A program made the position numbers and the translations under genes. The notes below the pieces were generated by a model. The model was not told the DNA's origin and did not search any database. It was given only the letters and a program-made list of their open reading frames with translations. From a virus, in the IMG/VR virus record IMGVR_UViG_3300006052_000013: a DNA stretch of 45,764 nucleotides; one strand, 5' to 3'. Numbering within the stretch: position 1 is the first letter of the stretch; each line of letters opens with the position of its first letter. Below, piece by piece: positions 9,217-18,148 of the stretch.

Positions 9217-9382
9217 CGTCGATTCCCTTGGCCTTTGCCTGGATGTTTCCTTGAATTTTGGTAAGGCATATTTGGCATATACAAAAAACGTGTTCCCAGC
9301 CCTTTAACTTGAACTCACCCACCAGGCCGGGATTCCCGCATTGTCCACAATATCCGAGAAATGTCCGCATGTGTTCAAGCAT
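9200..9382 (-). CDS. small Zn-binding protein (60 aa)
   Basis: CGQCGN...CICQIC; RBS AAGGAGG. Confidence 0.4.
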   Translation of the reverse strand: MLEHMRTFLGYCGQCGNPGLVGEFKLKGWEHVFCICQICLTKIQGNIQAKAKGIDDVSGT

Positions 9383-9948
9383 CAGAATCCTCCTTCGGTT
9401 CTCACCGGCCGATCTTTCATATACATCTCGATCATTTCAATTGGCCGAGGTTTATACGTTTTGGGGAAAGACCCGATCACGGCGTCCATCCCGACGTCAC
9501 AAGTCCGTTGGCTCATGGGATAGATCAATTTTGATCCGTGGCAGTGACCATGCAAAAGCCACGATCCCCGGCGATCTCCGTCCCATGAAATATGCGGATA
9601 ATGAGAAAGGCAGATTTTGTGATGGTTCCATTTCAATTCGTGGTAATCTTTTACCCACTCAAAAGGAAGGTCTTTGATTCGTTCGGAATGATCGTGGTTT
9701 CCCCGGACTAAATGAACGCGGCCATTCAAAAGGCTCATCACATCACGACGTGTCTCGGGAGTTGAATCAAAAAACATGTCTCCTAGGACATAAACGTCAT
9801 CTATGGGCCGGACGGTTTCGTTCCACAAAGTAACAAGGCCTGAGTTCATTTCTTCGGCCGTCTTCCAAGGTCGATTGCAAAACCCGATGATCTTCTCGTG
9901 GAAGAAATGCGGGTCGCTGTAAAAGAAAATCGACATGTTTACCCCCAA
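9382..9948 (-). CDS. metallophosphoesterase (calcineurin-like)
   Basis: VYVLGDMFFD...VRGNHDH. Confidence 0.7.
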   Translation of the reverse strand: MGVNMSIFFYSDPHFFHEKIIGFCNRPWKTAEEMNSGLVTLWNETVRPIDDVYVLGDMFFDSTPETRRDVMSLLNGRVHLVRGNHDHSERIKDLPFEWVKDYHELKWNHHKICLSHYPHISWDGDRRGSWLLHGHCHGSKLIYPMSQRTCDVGMDAVIGSFPKTYKPRPIEMIEMYMKDRPVRTEGGF

Positions 9949-10054
9949 AAGTTAGAGTTTGGATTCTTTAAAATAAAAACCAATAGTGCAAGCGCCACGG
10001 CCAACAACACCGCCGACAAAGTGAACGTCAAAACATCATCATAAAATTGTCCCA
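9939..10054 (-). CDS. small membrane peptide (38 aa)
   Basis: MGQFYDDVLTFTLSAVLLAVALALLVFILKNPNSNFWG; no clear RBS. Confidence 0.2.
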
Positions 10055-10108
10055 TGACGTAACAAGCAGTCAGTGAGCACATAAATAATTCTTTTTTAGT
10101 CAGAGGTT

Positions 10109-11638
10109 TCACATTTCCTCGCGTATGGCGTTGAACTCGGGGGCGGTATAATCTTCTGTTTGGATATCCAATTTGTCAATGGGATACATCCATACTTTTA
10201 CCGTCCGACCTTTGATCTTCGTTTCTTTGAACTGGGCACCTTGCTTGTAAAGCATGGTATAAAGCACGTTACTATCAATAAACTGTCGACGATGATGTTT
10301 AAGAAAGTTTTGCAGGTCCACGGCCTTAAAGCAAATATACTTCTCCAGCTCTACCGGCGTGCCCATGAGTATGGCCTCCTCACCACGTTGAGAATTCTTG
10401 AACCGAGTCAAGAAATCCATAACACTGTTCATGATGGAACCCTCTTCACTGGCGTCATCCGGGGCCGCGATCACCTCTTGTTTAAGATGCAACTCATGCC
10501 GCATGGCCCGCCAACGATCAGATTTCATGGGTGGAATACAGATATTCATGATGTCTTCGACGCGTTGCATAAGACGGTCGAAATTGTAAAATTCCTCATT
10601 AGTCAGGGTCATCTCCCCGCCGTTAATCTCCACCATAAATTGGGGAGGATCGGTATCAATTTTTCTGAGGTGAGATATCAAGAAATCTCCCAGACTTCCA
10701 CTTTCTTTCCATGGCATGTGGGTATAACCGAATGGCAACGTATGACAAACCGGACGGTCACAATGTGATAAGATCGGTTCTTGTTCACAACGATATTGGT
10801 ACTTGGTGCCTCCGACGGACTTCAATAACCGGACCATTTCTTCTCGCGGGAGGGGCGGTTGACAAAACTTTTCATTGAATTCTAAAAACTTCTCTTCCCA
10901 AACTTTGGGGTGGGCCTTGCGCAAGAAAACTCCAAAATTGAACATACCATCGTTGCGCTTTCCCTCGGGCAACCCATGTTCCGCAAGATACTGAAGACAT
11001 GGCGGCATCACCGGACCCGAGGCCGGCGTGATCTTCGGGGCCTGTCCAATGATTACCAGTTCTTGTTCAGAAACTACCTGGTCATTTCCGTCCCAGTACA
11101 CCACCGAGTTCAAAAACTCTTCCAGTGTCATGGCCCCCTCGGGACCAATGGCATACCGATTGGTGTTGTCTCCATTAAAGTACGGTAAATTGATCCAGTT
11201 GCCCTGCCCGCTCTTATTAACCTGAATCTGTTTGGGAAAAACCTCCGACTTGGGATAACCCAGGATACCGGCCCAACGTTTTAATACGGGGATAATTTTA
11301 GATGGCTTGAAACCTTGCTCAGAAAAAAGATATAGATGTGCCCCGCCGGACTTCGACCGGCAAACCGTCAACGGCATCTTATGTTGAATAACTTTGGTTA
11401 AGAGTTGTCCGTGGTTTATCGTATCCACGTCTATATCAATGGCCGCGAATCGACAGGTACCATCTTTCAAAATCGGTACCAATCCTAAACCTCGCACCCC
11501 GGCGAGGTGTGCCCGGTAATCCTCCGGGGTGGCGGGACCGTCGGCCGTGTGATGATCGACGTTCCCGCCTTCCCGAATGGTTTGGACCCCGTGGGAGTAT
11601 TCGCTGCCCGCAAATAATTCTGCAAACAGTTTTGCCAC
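10109..11638 (-). CDS. bifunctional primase-polymerase (PrimPol)
   Basis: AAIDIDVD (DxD) and SGGAHLYLF (sGxGxHxyF); C-terminal Cys/His cluster; GTG start with GAGAGG RBS. Confidence 0.7.
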   Translation of the reverse strand: MAKLFAELFAGSEYSHGVQTIREGGNVDHHTADGPATPEDYRAHLAGVRGLGLVPILKDGTCRFAAIDIDVDTINHGQLLTKVIQHKMPLTVCRSKSGGAHLYLFSEQGFKPSKIIPVLKRWAGILGYPKSEVFPKQIQVNKSGQGNWINLPYFNGDNTNRYAIGPEGAMTLEEFLNSVVYWDGNDQVVSEQELVIIGQAPKITPASGPVMPPCLQYLAEHGLPEGKRNDGMFNFGVFLRKAHPKVWEEKFLEFNEKFCQPPLPREEMVRLLKSVGGTKYQYRCEQEPILSHCDRPVCHTLPFGYTHMPWKESGSLGDFLISHLRKIDTDPPQFMVEINGGEMTLTNEEFYNFDRLMQRVEDIMNICIPPMKSDRWRAMRHELHLKQEVIAAPDDASEEGSIMNSVMDFLTRFKNSQRGEEAILMGTPVELEKYICFKAVDLQNFLKHHRRQFIDSNVLYTMLYKQGAQFKETKIKGRTVKVWMYPIDKLDIQTEDYTAPEFNAIREEM

Positions 11639-11650
11639 GCGATCCTCTCG

Positions 11651-12472
11651 TTAGAAGCCGGCACCCGTCTCATCCGGTGCCTCTTCGGTTTCCATACCGG
11701 TCATATCGGCCGTGATGTTGACATCCTTTAGTGAGTCGTAGGCCGTCTTCAGTTGCCGGAAAAGATCGGGCGGCACAAATCCCCGCGGCTTGATCGTCGG
11801 TGCGAACCAGCTCTGTTGTCCCTTGGTAACCTCGGTGGAAATCAATTCATAAACCCGGGCAAACATGGGGGTATTCGGGTTTAACTTTACCAGGGAATTC
11901 CATTGTTTCGACACTTTCAGACCGGTAGATTTGAGCGAGATGATGATCGGAATATCGGCCACCTCGCAAAAGAAGATACCCCCGGAGGCCGGACGGTCAA
12001 TTGGTTTTACGATCGCCGCGGGCCGATTGTGCAATTTGTCACAGGTGGGCCGGTGGTTATCCGAGAATTTGGCATGTTCACAGACCGTCGTTCCGTCCAA
12101 CTCTTCGCATTTGGGAGAAAGGAACCCCCCATCTTTTCCATTGAATGATTGGCACTCGATCCCACCCCCCTCGCTCATGGGATGAAACTTGATGCGCTGC
12201 TTGGAAAAAAGAATAGGAACCACCAAGACAGACTCTCCGTAGATTTCTCCGGTGATCGTGTTAAAGAACTGCCCATCGGTGAGGTTGGGGATGTGGTTGG
12301 CATCCGATTTCTTCTTTTGTGGGGTAAGAGACTGGCACAAACCAAGCCGCGGATAGGTAACATCCTGGCGCTCAATTTGCTCGGTCCCCTCACGACCCGT
12401 GATGTAATCTGGAACGGCCAATTTTCCGGTTACCTGTTCCAGGGCCTTATCTTCTTGTGTTGCTTTCGCCAT
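11651..12472 (-). CDS. putative ssDNA-binding protein (gp2.5-like?)
   Basis: Acidic C-terminal tail ending in Phe (EEAPDETGAGF), as in T7 gp2.5. The fold is not recognisable by eye. Confidence 0.3.
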   Translation of the reverse strand: MAKATQEDKALEQVTGKLAVPDYITGREGTEQIERQDVTYPRLGLCQSLTPQKKKSDANHIPNLTDGQFFNTITGEIYGESVLVVPILFSKQRIKFHPMSEGGGIECQSFNGKDGGFLSPKCEELDGTTVCEHAKFSDNHRPTCDKLHNRPAAIVKPIDRPASGGIFFCEVADIPIIISLKSTGLKVSKQWNSLVKLNPNTPMFARVYELISTEVTKGQQSWFAPTIKPRGFVPPDLFRQLKTAYDSLKDVNITADMTGMETEEAPDETGAGF

Positions 12473-12475
12473 TGT

Positions 12476-12979
12476 TTACTCTCCTTGACTCTCTTTTGCT
12501 TTTCTGCGCTTCAACTTTGTTTTCAGGAAGGCCGCGGCGCCCGGCGGAACTTCCTGACCGGTTTCGAGTCGTTCTTTAACGATCGAGGCCGCGGTCTGGT
12601 AATTTACGGTAAAAACGTCGTTAAGTCCATTTGTTTTCAGCCAGTTATAGAAACTTTCTCGGTCTTGTACCGATACATATACGGCCTGTTCCTGGTAAAA
12701 GGTCCGGCCGTCCGGCAGGGTAAACTTAGTGATACCCTCATCATCGAGAATGTCCACTACCATCTGGGTAATGGCCTCTTGCATAACCGCATTTACCGCC
12801 AGATCATCGTTGAGTTTATCCTCCTCTTTTCTGAGTTCGTCAAAGCGCAGGGCCAACTTTACCTTGTCGGCCAGGCCCTCGTCCCGCAGGTCTGATTTCG
12901 CCCGATCTACCTTTTCCTGATAGGTAGGTTCGTTGCTGTACCGTACCATGTTTTTCTTGTCTATTTTTGATTTTGCCAC
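12476..12979 (-). CDS. hypothetical acidic protein (167 aa)
   Basis: ORF; GTG start. Confidence 0.45.
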   Translation of the reverse strand: MAKSKIDKKNMVRYSNEPTYQEKVDRAKSDLRDEGLADKVKLALRFDELRKEEDKLNDDLAVNAVMQEAITQMVVDILDDEGITKFTLPDGRTFYQEQAVYVSVQDRESFYNWLKTNGLNDVFTVNYQTAASIVKERLETGQEVPPGAAAFLKTKLKRRKAKESQGE

Positions 12980-13212
12980 GGTGCCACCCTTTCATTTGGG
13001 GATGTAATAATCTCTACCGACAATAATGGACAAGTACGGGCGGCCGGTTTTGCGTCCTTCTTTTCATTTGGCTTATAAAACAAATGTGAATTTTCTTGGA
13101 AACAGTCGAGGGCCTGATCGACATCATCTGCCAAGCATTGAAAATTAACGTGAAAAATATAGGTACGAAGATCGCCCGATCCTTTCGTGGCGTTTCTGGC
13201 AATTATCACTGG

Positions 13213-13920
13213 TCACCTCCCCAACTTCAAATTGTCGATCTGCCGGGACTCGGGTACGATATCGTCATACAAGAGTGGAATCCTTTGTTGAAATTCTTTC
13301 AATAACGGAATCGTGATCTGCCGCATTTGCGGATGGGCCTCTTTGGAAGTACGCATCAAAAAGAAATGCCGCCAACTGCGCAAATTTGCCGTGGTCACGA
13401 TACGCGAGGCCAGGGCATTGGGAAACACGCTCCGGGCCTCCTGCGGACGCCAACCTTTTTTGAGTAACGCGCAATACATATTTTCACAGTTTTGAATTAT
13501 CCATAACCAGTCCCGATTGTATTGACAGAGAGGAAAACCCGGACGATGGTGTATTCCGGATACGGTGGGTTCATCTCCCGTCCGGCAATATTCGCAATCA
13601 ACTCCCGGTATGGGGTAGATAAAGGCCGGCGGCATCTTCTTCTCATAATTGACAAACCTGGTACTCTCCTGGGTATAGGAGGCGAGTCGATGCCGTACCC
13701 ATTCGTGGGTTATACCCCGGTCCATCACGGCATCCACCGAGGCGGTGACGTGTTCTACCACTGACCAATCGCCATGGTCCATGACCACCGTTTTAATAAA
13801 CCGTTCGGTGTTAGGCGAAGCATCCTCCGATCGATGACTGATCCGGGCACACCACTCGATGTGCCGGAGTGGCTCCGGGGTCAGTACCATGATTTTAGCG
13901 TAGGGTTGAATTATTTTCAT
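13213..13920 (-). CDS. thyX: flavin-dependent thymidylate synthase ThyX
   Basis: ThyX signature RHRLASYTQESTRF (RHRxxSxxxxSxRF). Confidence 0.8.
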   Translation of the reverse strand: MKIIQPYAKIMVLTPEPLRHIEWCARISHRSEDASPNTERFIKTVVMDHGDWSVVEHVTASVDAVMDRGITHEWVRHRLASYTQESTRFVNYEKKMPPAFIYPIPGVDCEYCRTGDEPTVSGIHHRPGFPLCQYNRDWLWIIQNCENMYCALLKKGWRPQEARSVFPNALASRIVTTANLRSWRHFFLMRTSKEAHPQMRQITIPLLKEFQQRIPLLYDDIVPESRQIDNLKLGR

Positions 13921-14157
13921 TCCTCTCCTTTTCTGCCTCTTTTGCTTCTAGTTCGCCAAGGATCGGGTCCAGGGCCTCACAAGCCGACAGGGCCGCATGA
14001 ACAAAGGCATCGGCCGGTTCGTCCTGCATGTCTTCTACCACTTGTCGTACGGCCGTCCGCGCCCGTCTCACTTTTTCAAGATCACTCAGTTTTCGATCGC
14101 GCCAGGCGAACCACACGTCCCGCATTTTGTCGGTCAGTATTTCCCAATCGAACATGT
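13895..14157 (-). CDS. small hypothetical protein (start uncertain)
   Basis: The 144-aa track ORF overlaps the DUF3310 gene in a different frame, so an internal start is the likely true start. Confidence 0.3.
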
Positions 14158-14366
14158 CGTTCCTCCTTCTCGATTTCATGACCAAGATACCAGGCGGCCT
14201 TTTTAAGGTCTTCCAACCTACTTCCTTTTTTGCCGGCCCGGGCAATATACTTAACGGTGTTACCCAGGCAAAATCCCAAGTCCCAGGCATCAAGTACTTT
14301 GATGACTTCGTAGGTGGTATCTCCACCATAATGGGCCGGATGATTTACCGCCTCTTTTTGTTTCAT
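14082..14366 (-). CDS. DUF3310 family phage protein
   Basis: HPAHYGG...EVIKVL...LGNTVKYIARAGKK. Confidence 0.6.
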   Translation of the reverse strand: MKQKEAVNHPAHYGGDTTYEVIKVLDAWDLGFCLGNTVKYIARAGKKGSRLEDLKKAAWYLGHEIEKEERHVRLGNTDRQNAGRVVRLARSKTE

Positions 14367-14563
14367 GACATCACCCGGTCACTAAGAATTTGTATTGATC
14401 CCGTTCCAATTTTCCACTTTTGGTCCAATCCCCACTCTTGAAGTATAGTTTTGGCCAAGGTTTCATTTTCTGCCATGATGTGGGCGCGAACGGCGAACTT
14501 GAAATTGATCTTAGGATCAATGAACTCGTTCGTCACTATGAACACTTTTTTCTCTGATTGCAT
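14363..14563 (-). CDS. hypothetical protein (66 aa)
   Basis: Internal ATG with a GGAGGA RBS. Confidence 0.4.
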   Translation of the reverse strand: MQSEKKVFIVTNEFIDPKINFKFAVRAHIMAENETLAKTILQEWGLDQKWKIGTGSIQILSDRVMS

Positions 14564-15218
14564 TGCTTTCCTCCATGGATTTTGCTGCAAAATTTACGGC
14601 CGCCTCGGCCGGGGAACGACCACAACGGGAACAGGTACAACCTTCGGTGTGATTTCCCTCGGTTTGGGTCCAGGTATCCGGCCGGCCGTCTTTGTGTTCC
14701 CGGACCCAGGCCTCAAGATAAATACAAACATTGTGATGCCATTCTTTAACGTCGTCACTGTAACAGTTCAGTTCAAATGAGGCCCTGGCCAATTTCATAT
14801 ATTCGTGTATCTCGCCGGTCAAGTTTACCAGAAAAAGATAAAGCCAACGAGGCGTGATACAAAACGAATATTTGTCGGCGACACAGAGTGTCGAGGTATT
14901 TTGTAAATGTTGTTTGGCCAGGAATCGAGAGTGATAGAGACAGAAATTATACCATGGTTTATAGTGCGGGGGTTTTTCCGGGTCCCACCCATCGAATAAC
15001 GCGCTCACGATCTGGGCACCGAGGTAGGGGTGTTGCTCGCCCTCCGGCCCGTCCATATTAGGTTTTCCAATGTAACCAAGATCATGAAAAAAGAAACAGG
15101 CCCATAACCGTGGGTCCCACGGAAACCCATAGAGTTTATACCAGGCCCGGGCCACAAACCAGGGGTGAATGAAAAAACAGTGGGCACCATAGAGAATGCT
15201 TTTGGTTCCAATTTTCAT
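14517..15218 (-). CDS. HD-domain phosphohydrolase
   Basis: FFHDLGYIGK; TAATG coupling. Confidence 0.55.
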   Translation of the reverse strand: MKIGTKSILYGAHCFFIHPWFVARAWYKLYGFPWDPRLWACFFFHDLGYIGKPNMDGPEGEQHPYLGAQIVSALFDGWDPEKPPHYKPWYNFCLYHSRFLAKQHLQNTSTLCVADKYSFCITPRWLYLFLVNLTGEIHEYMKLARASFELNCYSDDVKEWHHNVCIYLEAWVREHKDGRPDTWTQTEGNHTEGCTCSRCGRSPAEAAVNFAAKSMEESNAIREKSVHSDERVH

Positions 15219-16741
15219 TATTCCTCCAATAGGGCCGACCGCCAACGATCCGTGGTCCAGTCGGCAAGATTTTCTTTGTTGCGAAGGGCCTTAATCACGG
15301 CGTGGTCGATGGTCTTCTGTCCATCTGGCCCGGTGGCAATTACGTCAGTGTACCCAACATTTTGAGTTTGTCCCGGACGATGGACGCGATCTTCGGACTG
15401 GAGGCGAGCGAGGAGTGAATAGTCACTCGAAATATACATGACATTTGGAAGGGTGGTGAGATTGAGTCCCAGACCACCCGCGTGTGGCTGTCCGAGAATA
15501 ATCGCGGGTCCAGTTCCTGCCATACCCTCGCGAACTGCGTCAGTTCTTTCTCTCTTTGATTGTTGTCCTCGGATGCTGTGAAGGTGTACACCAGTTCGCA
15601 TGATATTTTTGCACCCGCGTATTTCGTCATATATTCGATCAAGTTCCGGTCTAAATCGGCACCAGATAATTGTGCGGAAAGCACCGTTTTCGTCGAATCG
15701 TCTTTCGAGCCAATCCATAGTTCCATCCAACTTTTCACGTCCGATTTCCTCCGTTCTGGTTTCGCCCGTCTCTTGCATGATGGGGTCGCCGTCCATAATG
15801 CCATAGAGTGCCCATTCCTCCTGCGACATTTCGGTGATGCCTCCGAGGAACCCGGAGGTAATCTGCCCAAGGCGTAGGGCCTTCACCGGGGCGTGCCGGA
15901 CCATACACGCATCCGACCCGAGCCACACCACCATGTCATCCCGCATGGATTTGTACTTTTTCCAGTTCTCCGGCGTCAGGGCAACGGTCATGTGGGAATA
16001 AGTCTTGGGCGGAAGGTCCAAACAGTCTTCTTTAAGCCGCCGTAGAACATAGGGCGCCGTGAGCCGATTGACCTCCTCCGCGTTTTTGAATCCCACGATC
16101 TGCTTGTTCTTGAACCCTCCCATGATGGCATATCGTGCCCGAAAATGAAAGTAGGACTTACATTGCAGAATCTCGGGACTCAACATCTTAAACTGGCAGT
16201 ACAAATCGAGAAGGTTATTTCCGATGGGGGTGCCATTCAAAAGATAACGCCGCTTGCAATGAAGAGACAATTCATATGTTTGTTTAGTCTGACTGGCCTT
16301 GGGACTCTTCAAAAAAATAGATTCGTCCATGACCAACATCGTTTCCCGTCCACGCAATAATTTGACAAGTATGTTCAGGGGCGGGTCCTGTCGAATCAAT
16401 TCGTAAGAGACCACAATCCAAATGAGTCCCCGGCCGAATCTCAGGTCCCGAGTCTTTCCGTGAAAGTGATGAACAACCGACTCTACCCAGGCATGTTTCT
16501 GGATTTCTCCCAGATCGGGATCAAGCCACACGGTTTTCACCTGGGCAGGACAGGCGATGACCACGGTGTCAATCTCAGAGTTATCAAAAAGTACGCAGGC
16601 GGCGTCGATGGTCTGTTTCGTTTTACCAACGCCCATCTCGTCGAATAAGGCAAAATAGGGGTGTCGCACCAGGGCCGAGGTTCCAACCAACTGGTGCTTA
16701 AACGGTTTCAAGTTAAAACGAGATGGGTCAATTGTGATCAT
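15218..16741 (-). CDS. SNF2-family DNA-dependent ATPase/helicase
   Basis: DEMGVGKT, VMDESIFLKS and GGLGLNLT; helicase C domain. Confidence 0.8.
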   Translation of the reverse strand: MITIDPSRFNLKPFKHQLVGTSALVRHPYFALFDEMGVGKTKQTIDAACVLFDNSEIDTVVIACPAQVKTVWLDPDLGEIQKHAWVESVVHHFHGKTRDLRFGRGLIWIVVSYELIRQDPPLNILVKLLRGRETMLVMDESIFLKSPKASQTKQTYELSLHCKRRYLLNGTPIGNNLLDLYCQFKMLSPEILQCKSYFHFRARYAIMGGFKNKQIVGFKNAEEVNRLTAPYVLRRLKEDCLDLPPKTYSHMTVALTPENWKKYKSMRDDMVVWLGSDACMVRHAPVKALRLGQITSGFLGGITEMSQEEWALYGIMDGDPIMQETGETRTEEIGREKLDGTMDWLERRFDENGAFRTIIWCRFRPELDRIYDEIRGCKNIMRTGVHLHSIRGQQSKRERTDAVREGMAGTGPAIILGQPHAGGLGLNLTTLPNVMYISSDYSLLARLQSEDRVHRPGQTQNVGYTDVIATGPDGQKTIDHAVIKALRNKENLADWTTDRWRSALLEE

Positions 16742-16744
16742 TAT

Positions 16745-16939
16745 TTAATGCAACCCCCGGCAAACAAGGCGTGAGTCTTCCGGATTCATCCGAGTATAGA
16801 TACCACTTTGATGCCGGTCGGCGCAAAAACAACATACCTCGGGTTCGGCATTTGTCAGAACCGGAACTTTACCGGGGTACAAATCAAAATAACATTTCCG
16901 ACAAATCGAGTGAGTCCAGACTATTTTTTTAGTTTCCAT
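16745..16939 (-). CDS. Zn-ribbon protein (64 aa)
   Basis: CRKC...CCFC. Confidence 0.5.
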   Translation of the reverse strand: METKKIVWTHSICRKCYFDLYPGKVPVLTNAEPEVCCFCADRHQSGIYTRMNPEDSRLVCRGLH

Positions 16940-17187
16940 ATTTCCTTAATATCCTTACCCAACAACTCGGCCAGTTTCATTGCATTTTCCAGGGAGATGG
17001 TACAACCTTTTAGAATCTTTCGCATCGTGACCGGAGTCACGTCAAGGTAGTGCGATATATTGTTGACGGAATAATCGACGCCGAGTTTCTTACGCAACAT
17101 CGCCTCGACCTTTGTTTCAAAAAGACGCGGAGGCCACTCGGCCCCGCGGGTTTCTTTAATACGCTTCATTGCCAGAGCTTGACTCAA
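16921..17187 (-). CDS. HTH (XRE-like) transcriptional regulator
   Basis: NISHYLDVTPVTMRKILKG resembles a helix-turn-helix. Confidence 0.5.
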   Translation of the reverse strand: MSQALAMKRIKETRGAEWPPRLFETKVEAMLRKKLGVDYSVNNISHYLDVTPVTMRKILKGCTISLENAMKLAELLGKDIKEIWKLKK

Positions 17188-17204
17188 TGTTGTTTCTCCT
17201 TGAT

Positions 17205-17240
17205 TTAATATTGATTTTTATTTGGCCCTAAAATAGCCCG
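17205..17240 (-). terminator. intrinsic terminator (minus strand)
   Basis: The reverse complement reads GCCCCGGCGGAGCAATCCGCCGGGC followed by TATTTTAG. Confidence 0.45.
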
Positions 17241-17265
17241 GCGGATTGCTCCGCCGGGGCCTTTG

Positions 17266-17835
17266 TTAGTTTAATCTGGTGTGGTTGGCCAGTTGATTAA
17301 AGGCCGCCTCGTCGGTATGAAGCGCCAGAAACTGGGCAAGGACATTGTCGGCATCGGGAAGAGACGGCACGGGATGGGCGCAAAGTTTGTCTACCTCTTT
17401 GCCGTTCTCGATCTTCCGTACGTTACCGGCCCGACCCTTGTACAGACGGTATTGTTTATCGTTCACCTCCGTGTCAAAGTAACCCTTTTCTTTGTACATC
17501 TTCTGTTGTTCCGGGGTCAGGAACAAAAACAAAAGTTCTTCCGCTCGGGCCTGGGCCTTCTTGTCATGTTCCGCGGCCTCGGCCAGTCGAACTCGTTCGG
17601 CCTCTCGTTCTGCCGTAATTCGCGCCCGTTGTTGTTTGGTTGTTTCTTGGTAGGCGTTATTCCATACTTGCCACTGATAAATAACGTTCCCGGTTGCGCC
17701 GGTTGCGACCGTACTTGCTCCGGAATAAAAATAATTCCAGGCATCCCAAGTTACCGAGTTTCCAGTGGCACCGGTTGCATAGTTGCACTGTACCCAAAAT
17801 GGGTCCGGATAACAAACCGCATAGGTCATCGCCAT
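17266..17835 (-). CDS. hypothetical protein with an internal ATGATGN(S/V) repeat (190 aa from the internal start)
   Basis: Start at MAMTYAV with a GGGAGG RBS. The first 84 codons of the track ORF look non-coding. Confidence 0.45.
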   Translation of the reverse strand: MAMTYAVCYPDPFWVQCNYATGATGNSVTWDAWNYFYSGASTVATGATGNVIYQWQVWNNAYQETTKQQRARITAEREAERVRLAEAAEHDKKAQARAEELLFLFLTPEQQKMYKEKGYFDTEVNDKQYRLYKGRAGNVRKIENGKEVDKLCAHPVPSLPDADNVLAQFLALHTDEAAFNQLANHTRLN

Positions 17836-17836
17836 G

Positions 17837-18094
17837 CTAACCTCCCACCTGGGGTGGCACCATGATAATGCGTTCGGCCTCGGGATCAAATTTCTGCAAT
17901 ACTTCTCCCTTGCGGCCGTCTTTTCCCTCGGCCTTATAACCAATGTACCGTTTTCCCTTGAGGTCTTCAAACATCCTCCGGGCCGCGGCCGTTTCATCTG
18001 CACTTCCAGAGTCCCATATCGACCGGGTATCTCCGGTATTATCCAAAGTATGGATAATATGTTTTCCCGCCGGTACTTCCATGACATCTTGCAT
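17837..18094 (-). CDS. hypothetical protein (85 aa)
   Basis: ORF. Confidence 0.45.
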   Translation of the reverse strand: MQDVMEVPAGKHIIHTLDNTGDTRSIWDSGSADETAAARRMFEDLKGKRYIGYKAEGKDGRKGEVLQKFDPEAERIIMVPPQVGG

Positions 18095-18148
18095 GTGTCT
18101 CTCCTTGAATTAAGATGGGGACCGGATTTCTCCGGTCCCTTGTTTGGG

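Noticed and set aside
15340-15870. 176-aa ORF overlapping the SNF2 gene, and similar overlapping ORFs (2047-2280, 5457-5669, 7501-7686, 12175-12393, 13265-13474, 15005-15211, 17517-17744, 21201-21551, 22290-22541, 22714-23013, 28714-28934, 31082-31519)
   Set aside because: - They are alternative-frame shadows inside longer ORFs with clear motifs.
- They have low-complexity R/P/S-rich composition and no RBS.
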